A DNA stretch of 64,000 bases from Podarcis liolepis (taxonomy: Eukaryota). The DNA lies in assembly GCA_965112155.1 (NCBI GenBank), contig OZ218110.1; one strand, 5' to 3'. This document shows, piece by piece, positions 12,549 through 24,600 of the stretch (positions within the stretch are counted from its first letter, which is position 1; each line of letters starts with the position of its first letter). The notes under the pieces are model-generated. The model saw only the letters and a list, made by a program, of their open reading frames with translations, was not told where the DNA came from and ran no database searches. A program made the position numbers and the translations under genes.

Positions 12549-15500
12549 TTTATTATTGATACCCCGCCCATCTGGCTGGGCCTCCCCAGCCACTCTGGGC
12601 GGCTTCCATAAAAACCAAAAATACAGTAAAATATCACACGTTAAAAACTTCCCTGAACAGGGCTGCCTTAAGATGTCTTCTGAATGTCAGGTTGATGATG
12701 AACTTTGCTTCTTGAGGGAAATGAGCAATGGGACCATCAAAAGATTCATAAAGACCAGTAATGGATGTAATAGAAGTCATTGAGCACTTCATCACCATCA
12801 TCTTCTTTTGACGAAAGAGGATGCTGGACTAGATGGCCAATATCCTGGTCCAGCAATATCTTATTATGGTAAGTGAATGTGGTAAAATTACCTCCTCTAA
12901 TCTCTCTTTCTCAGCATACTTATAGGCATTTGATTTCAGTAAGGTTTTTTTTTTAATATGATCTTTTAATATGATCTCTTTTCATGAAGAACAATGAGAG
13001 AGAGAGAGAGAGAAATCCTTCTGAAGAAGCTGCCATTGGGCCTTAAATGGAAACTCCTGGCGTAATCTCCTATTAGTAAGATGAAAGGCCTAACCCCATT
13101 CAGTATGAGTCAGTCACAGTCCTGAGTGAGGTCCCTGGAACAGATTCACACAATAGTGAGCTATGCTTTCAATGTCACATGTAATTTGATCTTTAGTTGC
13201 TAACCACCCTTGGTAGTGTGGTTGCTGACCTTGAGCCAGACATCATGGAGAGAGAAGTCAAACGGGCCTTAGAAAGCACTGCTAATAACAAGGCCAGTGG
13301 AAGTGATGATATTCCAGCTGAACTATTTAAAATTTTAAATGATGATGTTAAGGTGCTACACTCAAGATGCCAGCAAATTTGGAAAACTCAGCAATGGCCA
13401 GAGGATTGAAGAAGATCAGTCTACATCCCAATCCCAAAGAAGGGCAGTGCCAAAGAATGCTCCAACTACCGCACAATTGCACTCATTTCACACACTAGCA
13501 AGGTTATGCTTAAAATTCTACAAGGCAGGCTTAAGCAGTATGTGGACCGAGAACTCCCAGAAGTGCAAGCTGGATTTCGAAGGGGCAGAGGAACCAGAGA
13601 CCAAATTGCAAACGTGTGCTGGATTATGGAGAAAGCTAGAGAGTTCCAGAAAGACATCTACTTCTGCTTCATTGACTACGCAAAAGCCTTTGACTGTGTC
13701 GACCACAGCAAACTATGGCGGGTTCTTAGAGAAATGGGAGTGCCTGATCACCTCATCTGTTTCCTGAGAAATCTCTATGTGGGACAAGAAGCTACAGTTA
13801 GAACTGGATGGTCTGAAGCTCAACATCATAAAAACGAAGATCATGGCCACTGGGCCCATCACCTCCTGGCAAATAGAAGGGGAAGAAATGGAGGCAGTGA
13901 GAGATTTTACTTTCTTGGGCTCCATGATCACTGCAGATGGTGACAGCAGTCACAAAATTAAAAGACACCTGCTCCTTGGGAGAAAGGCCATGGCAAACCT
14001 AGGCAGCATATTAAAAAGCAGAGACATCACCTTGCCAACAAAGGTCCGTATAGTTAAAGCCATGGTTTTCCCAGTAGTGATGTATGGAAGTGAGAGCTGG
14101 ACCATAAAGAAGGCGGATTGCCGAAGAATTGATGCTTTTGAATTATGGTGCTGGAGGAGACTCTTGAGAGTCCCATGGACTGCAAGAAGATCAAACCTAT
14201 CCATTCTTAAGGAAATCAGCACTGAGTGCTCACTAGAAGGACAGATCGTGAAGCTGCGGCTCCAATATTTGGCCAACTCATGAGAAGAGAAGACTCCCTG
14301 GAAAAGACCCTGATGTTGGGAAAGATTGAGGGCACAAGGAGAAGGGGACGACAGAGGACGAGATGGTTGGACAGTGTTCTTGAAGCTACAAACATGAGTC
14401 TAACCAAACTGCAGGAGGCAGTGGAAGACAGGAGTACCTGGCGTGCTCTGGTCCATGAGGTCATGAAGAGTCGGACACCACTAAACGACTAAACAACAAC
14501 AACCCTTGGTAGAAACAGAAACCTTTCAAACAATCTGGATACTTTCTTTTTATTGTTATTTCCAGGGCTATGGTGAACATTCCTGCATTATTGTGCTCAT
14601 ATTACCTTCCACATCTGTTGATTCCAAAGCTTCAGCTGTCCTTCATCCACCCTGCGCTTCAACTTAGATGAATGCATGGCATGCACAGCATGTGCCACAG
14701 CATAGACTGCATTGTAGATGCTATAGCTGTGGCCAGTCATGCTTGTTGGAAAAACAGAGCCAGGAAGAGTCTCCAGCTTCTCCTCCCCAGTGCAAATATC
14801 TCCATCCTGCATATTTCCCTCAGAGTCAGGGAAATGACACTGAAATGCCTTTTCCCAGTATATCCTCATAAAGCCGTCTTCTTTTTCCAAGATGGGATTT
14901 CTCATCTGAACAAATTCCTGGAATCCCAAGACCTCCTTTGAGTGAATTGTGAAGGATAGAGTACCATGGAGGAAGTCTATGTCCTGATCTCTCTGAAAGG
15001 GAAGTGATGTGAAATCCATCTGTACTGTCATGACCCAAACTTTACCTTTAGCCTTTATTGGTATATCTTCATATTCTGACACAGCAGGAAGCATTCTCAA
15101 AAGTATCATGGAATCAATTTCCCCATGAATGATCACCACATTAACAGTACTTCTCATGGCAACATTAAATGTCTTGAGCCCATCTGCAACCAAGACCGTA
15201 ATACCATTAGTATAAGACATTGTTGGAAATGTTCCTATGAAATCAAAGCAGATTCCTCTCAGAATAAATTTTGGAACCACGCTCTGTAGAAACCTCTCTC
15301 CATTCTCATCATTCACAATCACCACACCAATCCATAGCCATCCAAAGTGTAGCAGTAACTTGAGAATCCCTTCATATTCATGGTCTATATTTGGGAACAT
15401 TTGGTTAAGGAAAGCAACTTCAGTTCTAATATTTCTCATTGGAGCAGGACCATAGATGAGCTAAATCAAAGACAGGAAATGAGGAGATGAGAAATTTTGT

Positions 15501-18500
15501 TTAAGTTTGCAGTGGTTTTCTCTTTTTTTTTAACTTTTATTGACTGAGGTTAAAATACAATCTAGATTTCAGATTTTGTTTTGAGGAAGTGCTGCTGACA
15601 TGGGAGCTTGTTGGTTTTTCCTGAAACTTGAAAGAATTTAAAGGTACAGATACACTGAACAATCCTCTAAACCAGTGTTTCCCAACCTTTTTTGGGCAAA
15701 GGCACACTTGTTTCATGGAAAAAATCTCGAGGCACGCCACCATTAGAAAATGTTTAAAAAATTAACTCTGTGCCTATATTGACTATATATAAAGTAACTC
15801 TCTTTAATAGGAATCAAATAAACACAAAGATAGTATTTTATAATTACTTTATTATGAAATAGTAAGTAAACAGAAATATGAAAAATTATAAAATACTTTA
15901 TTCAGTGCGCAACCTGGGCCTGTTTGGCTGAAAGTAATGCAAAATGGATTAATCCATTCCAGACATTTAAAAACAACCCCTAAAACAGCAATTTAACATG
16001 AATCTTACTATCGATAAAGACCATTGATCCATAAAATGAAAGCAATAAACAATGTACTGCAGTCACACAATCAGTCAATCAATCAGTCACAAAAACAAAA
16101 CAAAAAAGTCAGAAAGACAAAAATGCAAAATAAACAGCAAAAGCAGACAGACCGCAAAACAGAAGCATGGCACGCAAAATGGAGCACGTTTGGCTTCTGA
16201 AAAATGTTCGCAAACCAGAACACCTGTGGCTTAGCCCACCGCCTTCCATAACCAGTCTTCAGCTTCCTTACCTATAGCGGGGGGGGGGGGATTAGTTTCG
16301 GTCACTAACGACTGGAATCGAGCTGCGTGGCTGCTTTGCTTGCAATTCCCAACCGCACTCCTTGCAAAGAGGTGGGCCGGCCATGCAATTTAAAGGAGAT
16401 GGAATCCCAGCCCGTGCCCCTGCCCCGCGCAGTCCAGTCTCGAGGCGCGCCCACCTGCCCGCCGGCAGCGAAGCAGCGAGCGGGCCTCCTGCGCCGTCCA
16501 CCTGCGGCTCAGGCGCTCCTCCAACAGCGGGTGCCGGTAACGTTTCAGGAAGCGGTGCTTCGCCACAGTTGGCCGGCCTAGGAAGAGGCCCTGGTAGACC
16601 CGGGCTTCGGCTCCCTGCTGGACCATCTCCAGCCCCGCCATGGGCGGAACAGCCGCTGCCTCGGACTCGGCGCCGCCTGCGCTCCCCTCAGCCAGCACAG
16701 CCGCCATCTTGGACGCCAACGGCCGCTCTCTCCGAGGAATGCGCCTGCGCCTTTCCTCGAGAATTCTTACGTACGGCGCGGGATCGGCGAGTTGGGCCGG
16801 CGGAAACAGCCGAGTCCGGAATCTGCACTTGCCGAAAACAGCCGAGACCCGAATCTGCACTTGCCGGAAACAGCCGAGACCCGAATCTGAACATGGCAGA
16901 CTTCGCAATCCATTTGCTTCCTAGCCTCTTGCCGCCTGACTCGCCCGCCTCCCTCCCACGGCACAGCAGGCAACGTCTCGCGGCACACTAGTGTGCCGCG
17001 GAACACCGGTTGGGAAACACTGCTCTAAACATTGAAAAGCCATGCCTTACATTACACTTGTGAAACAGGGTTTCCACAATCTTCCATTGTAGGATGAGAG
17101 CTCCCATAATCTATGAGCACATGGCCCTTGCTGGCTGGGGCTGATGAAAGTTGGATTTCAATAACATTTGCAGAACACTTTCCTGTAGTCCCTCACCCAG
17201 CTTATTTTAATTATTTGTATTAAGATATCTATCCAGCTCCTCATCATTTTTTTACATGGCAGTTAATAACATTCTATATTCAGCAACAAGGGGGGAAAGC
17301 AAATGAAGAAGAACTGACAAAGGATCAACACAGTAACAGTTCCGAAGGGCCAGCTGATCATCGGCACCTGCAAAGTGGTATGTTTTTGCCTGAAAAAGAC
17401 ACCTAATGGTCTGGATAGTTTCCTATCAGGAGAAGTACTCTGAGAGAACGTTACCTGTGGAATCTTGTAGTTGCTCAGTATATTTGCCATATGAAGACAA
17501 TCCGCAGAGTTCGGACTTCCAATAACTGCTGCTAATTCATTCTGGGTGTCACATTTGTAGTTGGGGATGAATCTGCTGTACGTAGAGAGGAGTTCCAAGG
17601 AGGAACGGTAGGTCCAGCTTGCACTGAAATGGCTGTTATAGATGTGGAAGCCCAGGGTGAGGTTGGGTAAGATTTGGAGGTTTGCATTGATCTCTTTTAC
17701 AGCAAATACTAATGCCAGGATATGTTGGTAGAGCTGTGTCATAATCCTGAAATGAGAGTTACATACTGTAACAGAGTGCGTTTCCTTCTTGGATGGAATA
17801 GGAAAATTTCTACACCTCAGCTGCACCAATACTATCTTACTGATCAATCTGAATTCAGGTAAATCTGGAGGAATATTAACATGCAGTTCCAGCTCTAAAC
17901 TATGGTCTTTAAATCTACTTATTTTTCAAATTAAATTTCTACACAAGTGTTCATCCGAGGATCATAGGGCAATTTAAAACATAAAAACACAAAAATACAT
18001 AAGGCAGCTAAAGAAATGTAACAAAGGCACCAGGTGAGCCTCCCTTAGCAGAGTATTCTACAAAGAGGGGCCACTGCAGAAAAAGGTCCTGAACCTCTTG
18101 TGAAGGCCTCAGATGATGATCACATGGTCTCGCTTAGTTCATGTGGGACATGACAGTTTTTTTAGGTATTGCAGTCCTGAAACAGTTAAGGCTCACTTGA
18201 GTGATTTGTACCCGCCCAATATGAATTATGAGGTACAAAAAAATGTGGCTTAGCCCAAGATCTGTCTGTTCCAAACTCTGCACATTCTGGCAGATTCTGG
18301 GCTTGAAATGTTCCTTAAGCTGCTGATATTAGATTCGTGGCTGCCACAACTAAAAAGATAACAGATGATGATTAATATGGGGATGATGCAACTATTTGGC
18401 AAAGACAGAGAAAGCTGTCCTTCTTCTCTCATTCACTGAATCTACCACAGATCTATGGGCCTGGCACTCCTAGGGAAAATTGATATAACAAATATATGGT

Positions 18501-18795
18501 ACCAGAGGTTTTTACAAAACAAATCTTACACAATGTCAGCAAAGAGGTCAGTAGAAGGACATTTATCAAAGTCTATTGAGTTGAATAGTATGGAGATCTG
18601 AGACATAATAGCAGCAACGATGAGGACTCCTGGTTGGTAATACTTGTGAAGAAAAGGAAGGGGACTGCAGATGCTGCACTTAGTGTTAGGAATCTTGCAC
18701 ATCACCTGAAGCAGAAGCACTGATGGCAATAGTACAAATCCAACTATCTTGCAGGAAATAATTCCTCTTCTACCTAAATTCTCCTGTCCCCACAT
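8815..18795 (-). CDS. Vomeronasal type-2 receptor gene B, complete, ~889 aa. Exons: 18795-18530, 17746-17455, 15460-14606, 11274-11047, 10510-10384, 9716-8815
   Basis: Six GT-AG exons summing to 2670 nt. Class C 7TM exon with [27 protein letters not shown] and PKCYII motifs; no stop codons seen. Confidence 0.95.
11949..12076 (-). pseudogene. Relic duplicate of the 3' end of V2R exon 3 (also ~2388-2513 in A and ~26855-26981 in C)
   Basis: Translates as [32 protein letters not shown]...EQLW, versus the real [30 protein letters not shown]...QQMW. Confidence 0.75.
12246..12473 (-). pseudogene. Relic duplicate of V2R exon 4 inside intron 3 of gene B
   Basis: 228-bp span homologous to exon 4 (AG|CTC start, [19 protein letters not shown]). 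In-frame TAA; donor lost. Confidence 0.8.
12500..12692 (-). mobile_element. Short LINE (L2/CR1-like) 3' end with (AAT)n tail
   Basis: (AAT)n followed by TACCCCGCCCATCTGGCTGGG..CCCCAGCCACTCTGGGCGGCTTCCA; same family in opposite orientation at ~27225-27364. Confidence 0.7.
13217..14501 (+). mobile_element. RTE/BovB LINE, 5'-truncated and internally deleted
   Basis: RT peptides [63 protein letters not shown]. Tail CTAAACGACTAAACAACAAC; TSD ACCCTTGGTAG at 13206-13216 and 14502-14512. Empty site in A and C. Confidence 0.93.
16455..16707 (-). pseudogene. TP53RK: Captured first coding exon of TP53RK (PRPK/Bud32, KEOPS kinase) inside the hAT element
   Basis: ATG in CCAAGATGGCGG context. 84 codons: MAAVLAEG...[60 protein letters not shown], then G|GTGGGC donor. 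Matches the recalled TP53RK N-lobe (GLELVKQGAEARVF...[31 protein letters not shown]). No C-lobe exon seen in the window. Confidence 0.9.
16700..16900 (-). promoter_or_regulatory. CpG-island promoter-like segment upstream of the captured TP53RK exon
   Basis: CpG-dense. YY1-type CAAGATGGCGGC overlaps the ATG; NRF1-type TGCGCCTGCGC at 16740-16750; 32-bp tandem repeat with CGGAAA cores at 16801-16892. Motif inference only. Confidence 0.55.
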
Positions 18796-19762
18796 TATCT
18801 CTCAGTAAGTCCTTTGCTGTGTTGGGCAGCTTAACGTAAGTACACACTACACTGATTTGTGAGTCAGATTGTGCAGTGTAAAGCATCTGTTATCAGCCTG
18901 AACAATCTCTGACTATCTCTTGTTACACCTTGGAATTGTACCGGCGATATTCACAGCACCCTCCTATCTTCATTGATAATAATGCAACTCATATTTGTAA
19001 ATCCCTTGGTATGTGGAAACAAAGCTTCCATGCTTAATTTCATAATTACAGGGAGGATAATAATATCATTGAGATTTACAGGCACTTAGATGTGACGGCT
19101 GCAATCATCCAGCTCATGTGATCATCCAATGGAGTTATGGGAATTAATGGTCCCAGATAGTGCAGTTTGCAGGAGGAAAGTTGGGTGGATGTAACTATAG
19201 TAGTTAGGAGCAGATGATATTTATATTCTCGACATTGTACAAGCAGGGACCTTTGAGCAAACACCAAGCTAGATGCATTATACTTGAAAGTGAAGTTACT
19301 AAGGTTGCTCTGTGCAGGTCTCACTGGTATTCAAAAACTGACAGATTAATATGATGATGATGGCAGAAATCCCCTTGAAAAAATGATGTTTGTGGAGGGA
19401 GTTAAATGGCGTTGAAAACCAGCCTTAAGTTTGTTTTCTCTGCAGTCCTGAATTCTGTTCATTTGTTTTTGTTGTGGGCTTTTTAAATAAATTTATTTAT
19501 TTTTAAAATATTCAAATTAACAAACAATCCTCAAACAACAAAAGGGGGGGAAGGTATTCCATAAATCCCCATGAACCTCTATCTGCCCCGTTGTTGGATC
19601 CTTTATTAACTATTTTCTCCACATTTTCTCTGTTGGACTTCTGTTCATTTGTAATGAAATACCCAGAGAGCAAGGAGCAACTCGTAATCCCAGCTGACCC
19701 TCCACTCTTCCCATGCTAGATGTTGACCATCTTATAATGTCTGCCAGATACTATTCATGTCA

Positions 19763-20000
19763 GCCAGTGTGGTGTAGTGGTTAAGAGCAGTAGTCTCGTA
19801 TTCTGGGGAACCGGGTTCGCGTCTCCACTCCTCCACATGCAACTGCTGGGTGACCTTGGGCCAGTCACACTTCTTTGAAGTCTCTCAGCCCCACTCACCT
19901 CACACAGTGTTTGTTGTGGGGAAGGAAGGGAAAGGAGAATGTGAGCCGCTTTGAGACTCCTGAAGGGGAGTGAAAGGCAGGATATCAAATCCAAACTCTC
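19763..20000 (+). mobile_element. tRNA-derived SINE (Squam3-like), segmental-duplication copy
   Basis: Near-identical to 7083-7320 in the same flanking context. Confidence 0.8.
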
Positions 20001-21659
20001 ATTCCCTGCCCAGTACTGTATTGCAGAAACTTCCAAGTTCACTTAAGATGAGTTTGGCTTCACTGGACCTTAAGGCCCTAGACTGGTTAGCTTAACATCT
20101 GTCCTGGGAGGAAAGACTGAAATACAGGTCAATCATTCATTAGTATTTTTATTTATACACTGCACTTCCGCTGAAAGCATCTTACTCCAAGTAGCTAAAA
20201 ACAAGAATACAGGAAGACATCTCAAAATCAACAGGGTCAAGAACAATTTCATAATAAAAGAACAGCAAAATAGCAAATATAACAACATAGAAAAAGGAAT
20301 AGTTTAGTGTAAGAAATATAGCAAGATGACATTAAAGCATCACACCTCTTGGAAACAGCAAAAATAACCACTAATCCAACCACAACACCCTGCTGACTAT
20401 ATGGTGGCTGTAATAAATTATGTAGATTCAGTATCATAAAAGCAGGAGCATTATACGCAAGCTTTGCTCCACAACCAGGCCATTCGGGGGAAGAACACAA
20501 GATGGAATGCTTTGCTAGATGAAATGCACTCACCAGCAGAGCTAAACAGCTTGCTGAGTGCAGACCTTTCTGGCCTTCATGCAATGAGAACAGGGCTTGG
20601 GAATTCCAGATCTGGGAGCTGAATATGATGCTGATATTTGGAATTCTTCCCAGTTGAAAACCATTACTACCCAGCTCCACACCCAGAGTTTTTCCCCTCA
20701 CTGGAATGTGTCCCTGAACTCTAGTAATGCCCTTTACTTGACTTGTGAGTGTGTGCAGATACTAGTGTACTGTACAAATGCAAAACTTACATGTGTTGCT
20801 GCTCACACTTTTGCCTCTGGCCCCATGTGTGATAGGCAGGTGGATGGCTGCTCCGGAACATTTTTCTCATTTCCTTTTGTAAAAGGTTCGATCTTCCGCT
20901 CCCCCATTTGAACTCTAAATCTGTCCTAGGTTCTCCCTCCCCCGACACTCTGGAACAGATATTGGGAGGGTATGAGGCCCACCCAGGGTGAGGAGAAGGG
21001 AGAAAATCCATTGTACAAGCAGAAAAGCTTGTACTCATGGGAAGAAGCAGTTGGATACAACACACAGAGTTGGGGTATGAGGTTTCTGGAGTTGAGAATC
21101 TCCACAGAACAACTAGCCAAATGATATCGCCCATTTGCATATAGGCAGACAAAATAAATTTCCCACAAATCCTGGGCTCTGTATAACTTGGATTTATTGT
21201 TTGTACTGGAAATTATTCAGGAAATAAATGGCAATGCTGTGGCATTCAAAATGGAAGGGCAGAGCTTATATTACATTAGGTTGGCTATATGTTGTTGGGC
21301 TGCCGGATGTGGGGAGGAAATAATGAATTAACATAGGATAGCTCCAAAGAGGGGGTATCTTCATATCCACTCAAGGTGGCAGATAATTATGCACTACGTT
21401 TGGCAAACCTAAGGAAGAAAGCTTTGGCTCCCATATCTTGTTTGGTTGGCAGACTTGGGATAGGGAGTTGATATTAACATAGGATGGTTCCTATAGTCAA
21501 TCCATATGTTGCAATATATATGTATTGCCTAATGAGGGAATAAAGGGAGAAACTGTAATCTAAACTGAAATCCAGTTGAACTAATCATTTGTGGCTGGCT
21601 TAAATCCCTTTGCGTAGATACAAATTTAGATGGAGCAGGGCCATAGAATTGTAGGTGCT

Positions 21660-24600
21660 TCACTGATTTCGTCTTCTTAACTGGTCCTTGTTGTTCAGCT
21701 CTGGCTTCATCACAATAATATAACATTTTGGTGAAAATATACAGCCTAGTAAACCAGTACTGGAGGACAAGATGGAGAAAATCTCCACAGCCACCATATA
21801 TTTTCCTTTTGTGCTTAAATAAGTTGGAACAAAGGACAGCCACACACTGCAAAATACCAACATACTGAAGGTGATAAACTTGGCTTCATTAAAGCTGTCT
21901 GGTAACTTCCTGGCTAGGAAGGCTACAGAGAAGCTGACAATGGCCAGCAAGCCCATAAACCCCAAGACACAGTAGAACATGGTGACTGACCCTTTGTTAC
22001 ATTCCAGAACAATTTCTTTACTCATTGAATGCATGTCTGAATCTGGGAATGGGGGAGAAGTTGCCAGCCACACGGTACAAAAAGCAGCTTGAATCAAGGA
22101 GCAGGAAAGAAGAATGGAAGTGGCCTGTTGTTTCCCCACCCATTTCCTCATGCTGGAACCTGGTTTGGTGACCATGAAAGCAAGGACCACAATGATTGTC
22201 TTGGTCAACACACAAGAAACTGCCACTGAAAAGATGATGCCAAAAGCTGTTTGTCGAAGGAGACACGTCACTTTCTTAGGTCGACCGATGAATAGAAGAG
22301 CACAAAGGAAAGCAAGCAAGAGGGAGATGAGGAGAGTGTAGGAGAGGTTGCGGTTGTTGGCTTTGACGATGGGAGTGTCCCGGTGCTTAATGAAAATCCA
22401 AAGCACCAAAGCTGTAAGGAAGGACAAGGAAACAGCAAAGAAGGCCAAAGAGATCCCCAGGGGTTCCTCATAAGACAAGAAATGGATGTCCTTTGCCACG
22501 CATGAATCCTTTTCCACATTTGGGTAATGATCCGGTGAGCAATGAAAGCATTCATCCATGTCTGAAAAAGAGAAGCTGTAGGAGACCACTACATGCATAA
22601 TACTAAAATGATCAAAATTAAAACAACAAACCTTAAATAAGGGTTGCCAGCTTCAAATCTGAAAAACAATTTGCCACACTTCTCATGTAATTATATTATT
22701 AGAAGAATGCCGTATTCAATTCCTACCCACCCCCAAATGTTAGGACCTAACACGACACCTGAAGATCAATGTTATCACTTACTGTCAGCATTCTAGCATA
22801 TTTTACTTGTTCTCGTTTTTAAACATCCCAACATGATTTGAACTTCCCATTCCAATATGTCGACTGGAGCAAGGTTGTATTTCAGTTTTATCGCATCTCT
22901 GAATTGTGAAAAATGTTTCTTGAGTCTTGTTTTTAAGAGAGAGAGGCTGTTGCACCGTTAGCTTTCCCCTGAAGTTCTTTCATATTTCTGAAGGTTTCTG
23001 TTTTTTCATCATCATCATCAATCTTTATTACAGTCCAGAGACCCAACAAATTGTTAGCTGTTTTTATCACTTTATGATACCTCCTTTGTCTGATTAATTA
23101 CCAGCTGTCTATGGCTTGGACTGATATCATTGAATATATTAGGCTGTATCCCCATATAAGGAACCACAACATTCACAAAATTCTGAACAATTACCGTATT
23201 TTTCGCCCCATAAGACGCACTTTTCCCCCTCCAAAAATGAAGGGGAAATGTACCTGCGTCTTATGGGGCGAATGCAGGCTTTCGGTGAAGCCTGGAGAGC
23301 GAGGGGGGTCGGTGCGTACCGACCCCTCTCGCTCTCCAGGCTTCAGGAAGCTCTGCGCAACCCTCGGAAGACCGGCTCCGAGGGTTGCGCAGAGCTGCCT
23401 GCAATCCCGGGACCAGCACAGCTCTGCCCGGCCACCGGGAGCCGGGGCGAAGGTCCGCCCCGCTCCCGGTGGCCCTGCAGAGCTGCCTGCGGTCCTGGGA
23501 CCAGCGCAGCTCTGCCCGGCCACCGGGAGCCGGGGGAGAAGCTCCGCCCCGCTCCCGGTGGCCCTGCAGAGCTGCCTGCGGTCCTGGGACCAGCGCAGCT
23601 CTGCCCGGCCACCGGGAGCGGGGGGAGAAGCTCCGCCCCGCTCCCGGTGGCCCTGCAGAGCTGCCTGCGCTCCTGGGACCAGCGCAGCTCTGCCCGGCCA
23701 CCGGGAGCCGGGGGAGAAGCTCCGCCCCGCTCCCGGTGGCCCTGCAGAGCTGCCTGCGGTCCTGGGACCAGCGCAGCTCTGCGCCCCCATCCCGAGCGGG
23801 GCGCTAAGTCCCGCCCCGCTCGGGATGGCGGCAGAGGGCTGCCTGCGTCGCGGGACCGCAGGCAGGTCTCTGCCGCCATCCCGAGCGGGGCGCTAAGTCC
23901 CGCCCCACTCGGGATGGCGGCAGAGAGCTGCCTGCGTCGCGGGACCGCAGGCAGGTCTCTGCCGCCATCCCGAGCGGGGCGCTAAGTCCCGCCCCACTCG
24001 GGATGGCGGCAGAGAGCTGCCTGCGTCGCGGGACCGCAGGCAGGTCTCTGCCGCCATCCCGAGCGGGGCGCTAAGTCCCGCCCCACTCGGGATGGCGGCA
24101 GAGAGCTGCCTGCCGTCGCGGGACCGCAGGCAGGTCTCTGCCGCCATCCCCAGCGGGGCGCTAAGTCCCGCCCCACTCGGGATGGCGGCAGAGAGCTGCC
24201 TGCCGTCGCGGGACCGCAGGCAGGTCTCTGCCGCCATCCCCAGCGGGGCGCTAAGTCCCGCCCCACTCGGGATGGCGGCAGAGAGCTGCCTGCCGTCGCG
24301 GGACCGCAGGCAGGTCTCTGCCGCCATCCCGAGCGGGGCGCTAAGTCCCGCCCCACTCGGGATGGCGGCAGAGAGCTGCCTGCGTCGCGGGACCGCAGGC
24401 AGGTCTCTGCCGCCATCCCGAGCGGGGCGCTAAGTCCCGCCCCACTCGGGATGGCGGCAGAGAGCTGCCTGCGTCGCGGGACCGCAGGCAGGTCTCTGCC
24501 GCCATCCCGAGCGGGGCGCTAAGTCCCGCCCCACTCGGGATGGCGGCAGAGAGCTGCCTGCCGTCGCGGGACCGCAGGCAGGTCTCTGCCGCCATCCCGA

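Larger units (their letters stand above)
15673..17022. mobile_element. Non-autonomous hAT DNA transposon carrying captured host sequence (Pack-TIR type)
   Basis: TIRs CAGTGTTTCCCAACC (15673) and GGTTGGGAAACACTG (ends 17022); exact 8-bp TSD CTCTAAAC at 15665-15672 and 17023-17030. Absent from intron 2 of paralogs A and C; no transposase ORF. Confidence 0.92.

Noticed and set aside
16455-16707. Functional nested TP53RK gene or processed pseudogene
   Set aside because: No C-lobe exon (HGD/DFG) seen in the window. The frame stops matching at a splice donor and the segment is bounded by hAT TIRs and a TSD, unlike a retrocopy.
16362-16991. 209-aa plus-strand ORF
   Set aside because: Antisense shadow of the GC-rich TP53RK cargo; no recognisable motif.
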